Shown here: positions 23,577 through 36,654 of the stretch, in pieces
Position numbering within the stretch: the first letter of the stretch is position 1
How the letters are laid out: each line of letters starts with the position of its first letter
From: Octopus sinensis
Lineage: Eukaryota
Reading direction: 5' to 3'
DNA: 64,000 nucleotides
Assembly: GCF_006345805.1 (NCBI RefSeq)
Contig: NC_043008.1
Coordinates: 41,788,001 to 41,852,000, forward strand
Position numbers and translations under genes: made by a program
The notes under the pieces: generated by a model
What the model was told of the DNA's origin: nothing
Seen by the model: only the letters and a program-made list of their open reading frames with translations
Databases searched by the model: none

Positions 23577-23833
23577 AAAATAGAGGAGACAAGTTCTTAA
23601 AATATATAACATGTTTAATTTTTACAGATGATCGTTTCGTACAAAGATATTATATTAATGTAAATTCATAATTTAATTAAATGAAATTAATTAAATAACA
23701 ACGTACTCTTTAGTGCAGGAAGTAAAAACCATAATACAAAGAACTTGAGAAGGAACATATATTATATCTCTGTACGATCGTCTGTAAGAATTAAGCTTCT
23801 TATATATTTTAACAACTTGTCTCCTCCATTTTT
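23577..23833. mobile_element. MITE-like element with about 70-bp TIRs
   Basis: aaaatagaggagacaagttcttaaaatatataa...gtacaaagatat versus reverse complement aaaatggaggagacaagttgttaaaatatataa...gtacagagatat. Confidence 0.75.
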
Positions 23834-23993
23834 AACGAAATTGATGAGTTTTTGAGACTTCATTTCATAAATTCACCATATATTATATGCTTTCATATCT
23901 TCTTATATTTACGCCTGTGAACTCCCAGCAAATTATGAAGAAGCAACATTAGAAATCATTTTTTGGAAACCTCCAAATTAAAGGACGAATCCA

Positions 23994-24130
23994 CATTCAA
24001 CCTCTATACAACTATATATATATATATATAAGGATATTTTTGATTTTCACTCTCGATAAATTTATCTCTTTTTTGTGTCCCTAGCACTTGCCATCCTTAT
24101 TTATGAGCCCCTAACATTCAATCTCTATAC

Positions 24131-24181
<51 letters not shown>

Positions 24182-24696
24182 ATGTTTTTGATTTTCACTC
24201 TCGATAAATTTATCCCTTTTTTGTGTCCCTAGCACTTGGCATCCTTATTTAGGAGCCCTTAACTATATTTCTACATGAATAATATTTTGTCTAATGACTA
24301 ATTCGTCCTTTATGCTGGGCCACTGGTAGTAATCTATATTATTACCCTTTTGATTATATTCACATATTACTTGATAGATTTATTCGTAAAAATTTTTCCC
24401 GGCATGCCCTATATCGCCGGGTAGATTTTGCGTCTGCGCAGAGATTTGAAAAGTTAAGATCTGTAAGTTGTTTAGATCAACACATGGTCTAACACGCTGC
24501 GCATCTCGATTTAACTCAGGATTCTCGCTGATGAAACCGGCCTTAGCAAACATATTCTGTCTGTTTTGCTAGAAAGAGGTAGAAACTGATATCAGTCCGG
24601 GATGTATCGTTATTGGTAAATGTTTTTGATTTTCACTCTCGATAAATTTATCCCTTTTTTCTGTCCCTAGCACTTGGCATCCTTATTTAGGAGCCC

Positions 24697-24700
<4 letters not shown>
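23994..24700 (+). mobile_element. Penelope-like pseudo-LTR array: two tandem 3'-end units (23994-24114, 24115-24262) and a longer HHR-bearing copy (about 24395-24700)
   Basis: The ~85-bp segment tttttgattttcactctcgataaatttatc...gagccc(c/t)taa occurs three times, each associated with (TA)n. Confidence 0.7.
24521..24603 (+). ncRNA. Type I hammerhead ribozyme motif, canonical core
   Basis: Helix I attctcg/cgggat, CTGATGA 24528-24534, helix II (acc/ggt, tagcaaa/tttgcta), GAAA 24582-24585, 12-nt palindrome ACTGATATCAGT, GTC triplet ending at 24597. Confidence 0.8.
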
Positions 24701-24733
<33 letters not shown>

Positions 24734-25329
24734 GACAAATATATACAAAGAGAGATACGACGTCAACAATATGTATGTATGTATGTATGAGTATGCATAC
24801 ATCAACACAGAGAGAAGTACATGCTTGGTTTATGACTATATATGTGGACCTGCGTATGAGAATGTCTACGGGTGCTTTAAAGTTGGGAAGCCAGAAGCTG
24901 TACCAACCATTGCTCGTAATTTTAGTACCAGAAGTAGATACAAATATAATTTTAATATATTTGTGATAAATTGATTATGAATGTGCTGGTCATCTTTTGT
25001 TAGCCCGGAAATGTTAAGTTTACAAAGAATTGTGGCTTCCATACAATTAATTTCATAAAGGTCTTGAAAATTCCTATATTTTGTGGCATTGTCGTTGATA
25101 TAACTCAGCACTATGTACAACTTCTGCTATCTAGGTTCCAAAATGTAACCTACATGTTCGAACGCACATGCATGTATAGATGAATGTGTCAGTAAGCATT
25201 ATGTGTGTGTAGATACACAGATAGAGAGGGAGTGAAGGAGAGAGAGAGGCGAGAGAGAGAGGGAAGCGAGGGAGAGGGGGTGAGAGAGAGAGGAATGTGA
25301 GAGATGTGTTAGTGTTTATGTGTATATAG

Positions 25330-25698
<369 letters not shown>

Positions 25699-26559
25699 AA
25701 TTACAAAAATTGTCCCACCTCCTTTCAGCTATTCATATGACTTAGTCACATTCCTAAATGTAGAATACATTAATGGCCTTGGTAATACATACATATATAT
25801 ATGATATATGGTTCCAGACATAAGGAATAATAGCATCCACAAATACAATCCGAAACTTTTCTTTTTCTGTGTACACAGACGGTAAATACACAATATGATA
25901 CGAAAAAAAGAATATTGTACTCTCCGGTGTTATTGTAACAAATGATGAAATTTTTATAATAATGTTATGTTATTATTTTTTATTTCCTATTATTTATTTT
26001 TTATTAAACATAAATCTTTTGTTAATAAAATATGAAAAGTTGACGCTTGGTATATGAGCGCCAAACTTTAACATCTTGTGATCTACAACTATTTTCTTTG
26101 ATGTCAATACGCAACAGACATAGTGTCCACCAACGTTGGAATATATTTTACAACGGAACTGTGTTCCTTGGGGCTATGAAGGCTTTATAAGATGTGCATA
26201 TAATACCTCTAACTCTGTTTGCTTCTGTTGTATTTTGCCAAGATCCTTGGGGAAAAAAACTACAAATTAAAAAATAACATGAAATAATATAGACTTTCAG
26301 TTATTGTTTTTTTTACTTTTTTGCAAGATCTAATGGATGTACCTATTCCATATGATGAAAGGAATGGTTATAAATAATTTCACAGCAGTAAATAAAGATT
26401 GCTTTCAATCCAGTTACAGATTTCCTTGTTACACTCCATCCGATTGGGTTTGCTTCTATATATACGTTATAGCTTGCTAAAATATTGATTCTGTCATAAA
26501 GTGGTTTTTACTTTCTTTTGTTGCGTTAATGTTTGTGCTTCGCAGAGGCCAACATACGT

Positions 26560-26789
26560 ACACATTTCACATGTATGTATATACACATTTAGGTATGTAT
26601 ATACACATATATATAAACAGACATATATATGTATATGTATGTGTGTATGTATGTACGTATGTATGTATTTATATATGTATGTACGCATGTATGTATATAC
26701 GTACGTATGTATGTACATACGTATATATATATGTATATATGTATATTTGTGCATATATATATATATATATGTGTTTGTGTGTATGTATT

Positions 26790-26826
<37 letters not shown>

Positions 26827-26922
26827 GTATTGTGTATGTGTATATATATATGTGTGTGTGTATGACATGAGATGATATATATATGTGTGTGTATATAGAT
26901 AGATACGTAGATAGATAGATAC

Positions 26923-26989
<67 letters not shown>

Positions 26990-27014
26990 GAGAGAGAGAT
27001 AGATAGATAGATAA

Positions 27015-27102
<88 letters not shown>

Positions 27103-27106
27103 GTAA

Positions 27107-27202
<96 letters not shown>

Positions 27203-27235
27203 ATAGATAGACAGACAGACAGACAGATAGATATA
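26560..27235. repeat. Compound (TA/TG)n, (GA)n and (GATA)n array
   Basis: Directly visible. Confidence 0.97.
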
Positions 27236-27783
27236 TTGACTGACTGATTGATATTCACATATCAATCTATCTATGTATGGATAGTAAAGGAGGAGGGGAA
27301 TAAATATCATTCTTTTAACGTATCTGTGTACAATTTTGATATTACCAACGAGTCTGTAAACTTCCTCGCTAAGATAAATAGTTTTTTATAGATGTTGGTT
27401 TAATGTCGAACCTCCTTTCCTGAAGCTAACCAACATCAGTGGAGACTTGCGTTTATAAACATAAGTATATGTTTGCGTTTGTACATTTTTGTTTTTGTTT
27501 GTGTGATAATGTTTTAGCGAGATAGATTGAATCAAACAGAAATGGAATTTCATTAGCGTTTCGGTATGGTGCCTTTGACACAGTTTTCAACCTCCGATCA
27601 ATGCATCACAGACTTAATACTGTAGCTACAAGGTTCATATATACTTTAGAAAGAAGAGAAGTTTCAACTAATTTCTAGGTTGTTTTATATTTGTCGGAAA
27701 AGAGACGAAAACATGTAAGGAACATGCTTAACAATTATAATGGAACAGTCTGTGGTTTACGTATATCGTTGGATGGCAATTCA

Positions 27784-27875
27784 GAATTCATCAAGTGAAT
27801 TGTATTATAAATGGGAATTCATCAAGGGAATTGTATTACAAATGGGATTTCATCAGGGGAATTGTATTACAAATG
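27784..27875. repeat. 31-bp minisatellite, 3 copies
   Basis: gaattcatcaag(t/g)gaattgtatta(t/c)aaatgg repeated. Confidence 0.9.
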
Positions 27876-28213
27876 AACTCATTTGTCTCAAATATGTAAC
27901 ACTGGATGGGGGGATTTTTAACAGTAAGGTCTCAGTTTTAATATCTTTAACTTTCGTTTCAACAATTTTCGATATAAACATTATTGAATCAGAATTTAAT
28001 TACAAGAAACGAAAAGAAAAAAGGAGAGAAGGAAGAGAGCAATGGGCCGCACACACCAGAACAAATGCCCTGCTCAGTCTCAGCCCGCATTCATGGCGCA
28101 ACGGCGTACCCGCGGAAAATAGTCTTCAACACTTGTTGCAGCAGCCACTCAACCACGCGAGGCTCATTTCTCGTCTTTTGTTTTCTTTTCTGAATTTTTA
28201 ATATATTTTCATA

Positions 28214-28722
<509 letters not shown>

Positions 28723-29140
28723 TGAGGGAATATGTTTCAGATTGTGAGCAAAATGATCGAATACAAACCAGTTTCTTTACCATATATGTGTGTGAGTCTC
28801 GGTGAGTGTTTTGTGCATGTATATGTGTAGGAGGACCGAAAGAGACAGAATTGTGTTTGGTTTCTACATTCCTGTGGACGCACGTAACGAAAAATTCTGA
28901 GTAATAAATTAGTGAATGATATTCTCTGAATGATTGTAAATATACATGTAAAACCAGACATTTTATCCAATTGGCCAATATACGTACACAATAATATATA
29001 TGGCTGTTTGTAAAAAAAGTTGCCATTTGAACCACATGATTCTTGGTCCAGCTCCATTGAGAGGCCCTTAGAGCTACTATATAATCGGGCCGCCTGAATC
29101 CTTCAGTGGATTTGGTAAACGGAAATTGAAAGAAAGCCGA

Positions 29141-29222
<82 letters not shown>

Positions 29223-29532
29223 GTGTGCTTGTATGTGTTTGTGTCAATTTATGTATGTGTGCGTATATATATATATATATTAGTTAGGCTATATTCTGTT
29301 AACAGCATAGCAGAGTACAGTATAAAGAAAAACATTTAGTTGTACTCCTTCTTGTTGACTCCAAATTATTTGATTATATGTGTGTGTGTGTGTGTGTGTG
29401 AATGTGTGTACATATGAATATGTGTGTATATATATATATATATGTGTGTGTGTATACATATACACATATACCTGTATATTTATTACTGTATGTATGTTTA
29501 CATGTATGTACATCTTTTCTTTTCCCTCCGCG

Positions 29533-29632
29533 NNNNNNNNNNNNNNNNNNNNNNNNNNNNNNNNNNNNNNNNNNNNNNNNNNNNNNNNNNNNNNNNNNNN
29601 NNNNNNNNNNNNNNNNNNNNNNNNNNNNNNNN
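29533..29632. other. Assembly gap (100 N)
   Basis: Run of N. Confidence 1.
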
Positions 29633-30169
29633 AGAAATATGTGTCGTATGATGTTGACCGAAAGAAACAAAAGAGAGAGAGAGATCGGGGAGTGAAAACA
29701 GAAAAACAAACCTCATCAAAAAACACAAACACCTACACGAAAATACGCTCCTGAAACGAAAACCACAACTCCTGAACAATATATGTGAGCGTGTATGTGT
29801 GTGTATGTGTGTGTGTACGAGTGTGTATGTGTGTGTGTGTGCACATTTATATGTGTGTGCGTGTGTATGTGTGTCTGTGCACGTGTTTGTGGATGTATGT
29901 GGTGGGGGTTATGTGCTGTACAGATTTTTTTTTCATCAAGACAATTTTGCATTCTTTCTTGTTATTGTGCTTGCCGTGGTTTTATATCTCAGGACCACAA
30001 TGTCTCTGAACGAAATTTTAGTCGATACTGATTTTCAAACACCATTATTTTTTTCTAAATCGTGATGGTAATGGGATGACATCGTATTAAATATATCTGA
30101 GCCAACGTATGACAGTAAGACGGAGTAAATAAAAACAAACAGTGAACTGGTTGCTTGATGTTAATAAAA

Positions 30170-30318
30170 AAATAAATACGCCATTTTAAAGCCTAGCCAG
30201 GTCCGTAGGCCCGGTTTCCCGGTTTCCATGCTGTATGTGTTTCCCAGCTGAACGGGACGTCAGTCCATAGCAGCGTTACTCATTCTTTCCAGCTGAGTGG
30301 ACTGGAGCAACGTGAAAT

Positions 30319-30382
<64 letters not shown>

Positions 30383-31295
30383 ATTTGGCTCAAAATAAAG
30401 TAGCAAGGCCATGTAGGGGGACATGGAGTTAAGTACAGGGTGGTGTTCATGTAAAGAGTTCAGGCCACTTGAGGTCAAGAGAGGCTTTGAACAAAGCGGT
30501 CGTCGGCATCTTCACCATCTCGTCTGGCAGCTTGTTCCACGGATCCGCAACCCGGACGGAGAAAACTCCTCTCCTTCGATTGAGATGAAATCGTCGCAGG
30601 TAGAGCTTTTCGGAATGACCTCGCAGCCGACGCTCTGGAGCAGGAGTGAAGAACAGCTCTTTCGAGAGGTTACACTTTCCGCTTATGATGCTGTGGGCGA
30701 GAATGATATCACCACGGCGGCCGGCGCGTTTTCTAGAGAATAAAGGTCGAGCGTCCTCAGCCTTCTTCATAGGACAAATTTTTGAGACATGAACCATGCG
30801 GGTAGCCAGCCTCTGGACTCTTTCGAGATGCTGTATGTCTTTGAGGAGATAAGGAGAAGAGGCTTGAATCCCGTATTCCAATATGGGTCTCACCAGCGTG
30901 ACATAGAGGGTAGGAATATGGCTGCTGTGTGAGCATTCCGAATGACCGTCGAATCAAGAACAGAATTCCGCGTGCTTTGTTAGCAGCATGGACGCACTGG
31001 ACCGAAGGCGAAAAGGAGGAATCCACCAAGATACCCAGGTCCTTTACCTGATCGGTCCTCTCCAGCAGCAGACGACCCGGCTCGAAATCAAGTTGAGTTG
31101 CAGGAGGAGAGCCAACAGGCAGATGACAGCACTTTGACACGTTCAGACACAGGTCCCATTCGTTAGACCACCTCCAAATTTGGTGGAAATGAAGTGTTTT
31201 GCTCAAGAACACAACGCGTCGCCCGCTCCAGGAATCGAAACCACATTTTTACGATCATGGTGCTGACACCCTAACCACTAGGCCATACACCTCCA
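30170..31295 (-). mobile_element. SINE family C split by a LINE insertion
   Basis: Tail half 30170-30319 and head half 31186-31295 rejoin to match the intact neighbour 31296-31545. Confidence 0.85.
30320..31185 (-). mobile_element. 5'-truncated CR1-group LINE with (CTAA)n tail and 6-bp TSD
   Basis: ORFs 30757-31212 and 30447-30893 (VKDLGILVDS..., RPILEY...HLERVQRLATRMV...FSVRVADPWNKLP), frameshifted; TSD gaaatg at 30314-30319 and 31186-31191. Confidence 0.9.
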
Positions 31296-31545
31296 CAAAT
31301 AATGCGCCCTTTTAAAGCCTAGCTAGGTTCATGGGCCCGGTTTCCTGGTTTCAATGGCGTATGTGCTCCCCAGCTAGATGGGACGTCAGTCCATCGCAAC
31401 GTTACTCATTTTCGCCAGCTGAAAGGACTGGAGCAACGTAAAATGAAGTGTTCTGCTCAAGAACACAACGCGTCGCCCGGTCCAGGAATCGAAACCACAT
31501 TCTTACGATCATGATGCTGACATCCTAACCACTAAGCCACGCATG
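31296..31545 (-). mobile_element. SINE family C
   Basis: Reverse complement of 39608-39855. Confidence 0.88.
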
Positions 31546-31703
31546 CATGATGGTATTAGAGAGAAGCGCCTCATTAACAATTGTCTATAAGCTAATTAAC
31601 ATGAAAGTGTATGCTAAATTTTATAGATGTGTATGTGGGTGTGTGAGTGTGTGTGTGTGTGTGCATGTGCTTGTGCGTGTAAATATATGTATATGTGCAT
31701 TAG

Positions 31704-32072
31704 CATTCAGTCGGTTACGACGACGAGGGTTCAAGTTGATGTGATCAATGGAACAGCCTGCTCGTGAAATTAACGTGCAAGTGGCTGAGCACTCCACAGA
31801 CACGTGTACCTTTAACGTAGTTCTTGGGGCATATTCAGGATGACACAGCATGTGACAAGCCTGGCCCTTTGAAATACAGGTATAACAGAAACAGGAAGAT
31901 GGAGTGAGAGAAAGTTGCGGTGAAAGAGTACAGCAGAGTTCGCCACCACCCGCTGCCGGAGCCTTGTGGAGCTCTAGGTGTTCTCGGTCGATAGACATTC
32001 ACAACGCCAGGTCTGGGAATGGAAACCGCGATCCTACGACCGCGGGTCCGCTGCCCTAACCACTGGGCCATT
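31704..32072 (-). mobile_element. SINE family D
   Basis: Reverse complement of 39216-39598. Confidence 0.88.
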
Positions 32073-32117
32073 ATGATACGCAAGCACATTATATATATAT
32101 ATATATACTATATATAT

Positions 32118-32187
<70 letters not shown>

Positions 32188-32284
32188 TCAACTAATAAGG
32201 GCGAGAAAATTGGATACTAATTTAATAGTACCATCAATTTAACACCAAGTGGCTTATGCGGTTGAGTAAATTGTATTCTAGACA

Positions 32285-32363
32285 AATTCAGCCGAGGAGC
32301 TACAGATATGATATGTGAGTAAAATTACATAATTTATTAATAGTGAAACAATTGTCCTGAATT
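32285..32363 (+). ncRNA. Type I hammerhead ribozyme motif, variant core CCGAGGA
   Basis: Perfect 7-bp helix I aattcag/ctgaatt, CCGAGGA 32292-32298, helix II gcta/tagt, GAAA 32345-32348, palindrome ACAATTGT, GTC triplet ending at 32356; lies in a (TA)n-flanked segment 32185-32515. Confidence 0.75.
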
Positions 32364-32519
32364 AATCTGCATTTTTGTTATTTTTTATTTGCCCTGTTCG
32401 TTTACGCTAATAGTTGTGCTAACTTTCATCGGAAACAATTCTTCGTGGCTGAAACCGTAGCGGATCTATTTTTAGTGCTAGAGTCGACCACTTAGTGGTC
32501 ACTCTCTTATATCTACTAT

Positions 32520-33290
32520 ATATATATATACAACAATTTAGATTCAAATGAATATGGTACTTAATTAAGATGCACCAAAATTTTGTATGGTCTTATCCAT
32601 AAAAATTTGCGGGGTGATTATAATCAAAAATAAGCAACAAGAACGATTCCGGTAATTTAGTACAATTGTTTCATACTACAACATTTTATTAAAAGCTGTA
32701 AATATTACAGCAGATTTAAGATGCTGAGTACTCTTCAGCTAATTTATATAGGTTTTCCAATAATATAAAAGCTTTCAAATCAAGTAATAACATTTTAGGG
32801 AATGTAAATATACAGATAAAGATGTAGATATAAATTTTAGGAACGTTTGAGGTTTTGTGGCTCAGATGCGAACTGACCAAAACTCTGCTTGTAACTGACT
32901 GCTATAAGGAATTTCTTTAGTTATAGGGATTAGGGTAAGGGAAGGTAAGGAATTCAAGTTAGTTGTAGAAAGAGGAGGAATTCAGAATACAGAAAGGGAA
33001 TTTAGGTTGTCACTAGAACAAAAAGCCAATTTATCTATGTGGTGAGAAGAAAACTAGGTCAGTGTCGAAAGGTCATTAAATTCTTTTACAAAGGGTAAGG
33101 GAAACAAAACTATCACTTAATTTTTAGTAGGTATCGTATTTTATAACTGGGGGATTAGCATTAAATTTTAAAATTAGATTATATTTAGGGAAAGTACCAA
33201 TTTCAAGATTACAGTGAAGTTTTTCTAGTCGACTATGAAAGTAAATTAAAGGTTAGTATTGTGTATTTCATATTATTATTATATTAAAAA
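32520..33290 (-). mobile_element. Penelope-like element 3' relic (degraded ORF end + pseudo-LTR)
   Basis: Minus-strand IVLFPLPFVKEF-like remnant; HHR at 32654-32744; terminal segment shared with 18895-18930; (TA)n on both sides. Confidence 0.6.
32654..32744 (-). ncRNA. Type I hammerhead ribozyme motif, canonical core
   Basis: Minus strand: aattag CTGAAGA gtactcagcat...atgttgtagtat GAAA caattg TA ctaaatt; 11-bp helix II, palindrome ACAATTGT, cleavage predicted between 32661 and 32660. Confidence 0.78.
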
Positions 33291-33334
33291 GTTAAAGTTT
33301 GAAAATAATTGTGTATAATGTATATATATATATA

Positions 33335-33381
<47 letters not shown>

Positions 33382-33499
33382 TATAATATATATATGATGT
33401 ATGATTGTATGTTATGTATCTATCGTCTGTCTATCTACGCAAGCACACTTGCATATATACAGATGCAAATATGTTTTATATATGAGCATACACGCACGT

Positions 33500-33700
33500 G
33501 CAGAGATACTTGGCTTAGTGGTTGGGGTGTTACATTTCTGATCGTAAGGTTGTGCTTACGATGTTTACGGTGATGCGTTGTATTCTTGAGAGAACTACTT
33601 CATTTTAGTTGCCGCAGTCCGCTCAGCTCGCAGAAATGAGTAATCCCGCGACGTATCGTCGTCTTGTCCATAGAATCCGGGTAACTGGCCATATGAGACT
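33500..33700 (+). mobile_element. Diverged SINE (C-like)
   Basis: tggcttagtggtt head; ttgtattcttgag...cagtccgctcagct core. Confidence 0.6.
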
Positions 33701-33740
33701 GTGATTCGAGAAGGACCATTGATCCGTTCATCAATTTATA

Positions 33741-33968
33741 CAGGGTTGGCCAGAAGTCACCCGGCAGTATCAAAATTCCATACATTCTATATGTAATTCT
33801 GTATTGACACTAATGGGTAATGTGTCACTCAAGAAGGACCTCAGTTTGAGCAATTTTCATGATGATTCATATTTAGATGCCTTTATTGAATTCATTCCGT
33901 TGTTAAACATAAATATATCTTGGAAATAAATGGTTTTGATTTCCTGTCAGATGATGTAGCCAAACCTG
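33741..33968 (+). mobile_element. Decayed Tc1/mariner-type MITE
   Basis: TA-cagggttggc and gccaaacctg-TA ends; internal CVTQEGPQFEQFS* resembles a transposase C-terminus. Confidence 0.5.
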
Positions 33969-34171
33969 TATGCTTTCGTATTTGAATGTTTCTCTGTGTG
34001 AGAATGTCTCAATGTTGAAATGAATAAATATTTCTTTATATTTTGACGTATCCACATATACATTTGCGCATACAGGTTACATACATAAACATAGATACAT
34101 GTATGTGTGTGCTTAATACATCTAGAGCTCCTGCATCCACATGTAGATAGAGACAGACAGACAGATACATT

Positions 34172-34209
<38 letters not shown>

Positions 34210-34210
34210 C

Positions 34211-34557
34211 GCAGGCGTTGTGCTTCCTACATGATTCCGATTTCAGTCCTACTTCCTGGCTCTTTAGGTAAGTGTTTTCTATTATAGCCTCGGGCCGACC
34301 AAAGCCTTGTGACTTTGGTAGACAAAACCTGAAAGAAGCCAGTCATATATACGTGTGTCTGTATTATCGTTGTGTTTGTAACTCACCACCCGCTTGTTAA
34401 TTGGAGTTGGCTTGTTTAAGTCCCTGTAACTTAAAGGTTTGGGAAGAAGAGAAAGAATTAATACTAAATCTATAAAAAAAAACATTGGGGTCAATTTGTT
34501 CGCCTAAGCCCTTTAATGCGATGCCCCAGCATGGTACTAGTCTAATGACTGAAGCAC

Positions 34558-34560
<3 letters not shown>
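34211..34560 (+). mobile_element. Diverged SINE family A
   Basis: tatagcctcgggccgaccaaagcc core and ccagcatgg...aatgactgaa tail. Confidence 0.75.
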
Positions 34561-34654
<94 letters not shown>

Positions 34655-34718
34655 GTACATCTTTTTTCCGTGTTCGTCCCTTCGTGTATTTCACGTTCTT
34701 TATATATAAATTTTTATT

Positions 34719-34760
<42 letters not shown>

Positions 34761-34911
34761 GTGTGTGTGTGTGTTGTGTGTGTGTGTGTGTGTGTGTGCG
34801 TGTGTGTATACACACACACACAATGCTCTATTTATAAACATAGATAAACAGAAAAAATAGCTACCTACCCTATCTATCTATCTAGATAGATAGATAGATA
34901 GATAGATAGAT

Positions 34912-34984
34912 ATGTTTCTTTATTAGCCACACAGGGCTGCACACAGATAGAACAAATTACAAGGTAGAGCTTTTCTTTTGAAGG

Positions 34985-35018
<34 letters not shown>

Positions 35019-36640
35019 AGGGGGAGGTTCGATCAAAAGGGATCGTAAAAGGAGAGAAAGAGGACAAAAGTAAGGGGGGTTAAAAAAAAAAAAAAAAAAA
35101 AAAAGGGGGGAGAGGAAAAAAAAAAATGATCAATAGGGATCGTTATCACAGAAATGTCAATATGAAGTGTAAAGGGGAGGACAGGTGAGGTTTACCCGTG
35201 GAAAGAAAAGCCTGCGGAAAAGACCACGGTAACCTCGGTCAATGAAGTCACATTTTATATTTCTATTTTTTTTTTTTTTTTTTTGCAAATAAGCAACTCT
35301 CTGTTTTCGATTTCTGGGTTCATAGGACTATGCTCAAGGTGGCTTCGTCATTCATACGTGCCATTCTTGCTACATTCACCCATCTTTTTTTAAAACATTC
35401 GCTAGACAAAACTTGCCTCTCTACTCTCACTTTCCTTTTCAAGTGGTACTTGAAGAAGTTGATGAGAGATTGACCAGAGAGGAAAGTGTTTGTCTCCAAT
35501 CCTTTCAGACGCGTCCACCAGATACATTCTTTCGCCATAGCCACAAGGATGATGAAAATAGCTCTTCCTTCCCGTTTGAAGGAAGGAGGCGTGACAATAT
35601 TGACGATAGACTCAGCTGATAAACCGACTCGTCCCACACGTGACAGCAGTTGTTCGACACAAGCCCACAGGTCGGAAATTGTTGGACACTGAACGAGTGC
35701 GTGCAGAACGGTTTCGTCGCTCTGACCGCATCTCGGGCAGGTCGGCCCCGTGTTTCTCGAGCCGTGTCTGTAGAGCTTATCCCGAACGGGTAGCGCTTCT
35801 CGGTAGCACTGCCAGGCCAGGGATCTCTGGAAGTTGTCCATGGGCCCTGGCCCGAAAGTCGTCCCGAACAGGCGGGTCAGGTACTCCTCGTCGACGTCCA
35901 GGTTCGCCCCGAGCTCGTCGTCGTACCTCCCCTCCACTAAACCCCTATAGAATGCTTTGGTTGTGTTGAAGTCACTTAAGGTCGACCCAGGACGGCAGAG
36001 TTGCTTGAGAGCAACGCGACACTCGCGGTGCCATTCGCCCTTCCTCGGCCTCTTTTTGATCCACGACTGCAGTTCGGTCATGGAGACGAGCTGCGGGAAA
36101 GCGTGCCTCACAAACGGCGACCACACCTGTTCACCGTCGTCTACATAGAGCCAGAGATGTCGCAGTCTCAGCGCGTGTCTGCGCATCATCAACCACGGCA
36201 TGCCCAGCCCTCCTTTTAACGGGTGTTGACAGCAAATGGATCGCCTGACCATCGGGACGCATCCTTTCCACAAGAAGCGAAAGAGGATGCGTTGTAGTTT
36301 GGTGATGGTAGGGTCGGGACAAGGTACGACGGTCAGGCGGTAGTAGATGACGGACGCGATGTACGTGTTCGCCACCTCCGCTCGACCTTTTAGGGACAGT
36401 TTCCTCTCGGCCCATTGCCGGGCGAGAGTGACCACCCTACTCGTTATCTCGTTCCAGTTCTTCTCCACTTGGAGGTCCGGACCAAACCAGACCCCGAGCA
36501 ACTCAACCGGGCCGTCGGTCCAGCGTCCCACGACGGAGGCGCTGGTGGACGGCATGGGCTTGCTTCTCCAGGTGCCTAGTCGCAAGCCCACTGACTTTTC
36601 CCGGTTGATTTTCGCTCCTGTCACCGCTTCGTAGTTTTTC
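34912..36640 (-). mobile_element. 5'-truncated Tx1/L1-clade LINE (RT C-terminal half, zf-RVT, 3' UTR)
   Basis: Uninterrupted ORF region 35320-36640 (YEAVTGAKINREKS...LSLKGRAEV...GGLGMP...CPRCGQSDETVLHALVQC); 3' end aataaagaaac followed by (TCTA)n; 5' junction in (TACA)n. Confidence 0.92.
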
Positions 36641-36654
36641 AAAGAAAGAAAGAA

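Noticed and set aside
23994-24700. Repeat-spacer-like pattern suggesting CRISPR
   Set aside because: Eukaryotic context, ~85-bp repeats, irregular microsatellite spacers and no cas genes.
24780-25120. Protein-like frames (e.g. NGWYSFWLPNFKAPVDILIRR) on the minus strand
   Set aside because: No recognisable family or usable splice sites; left unannotated.
29498-29779. ORFs spanning the N run
   Set aside because: Artefacts of reading through the assembly gap.
35413-36634. Plus-strand and alternative-frame ORFs over the Tx1 LINE (similarly over 49889-53197)
   Set aside because: Antisense or shadow frames of the retrotransposon ORF.
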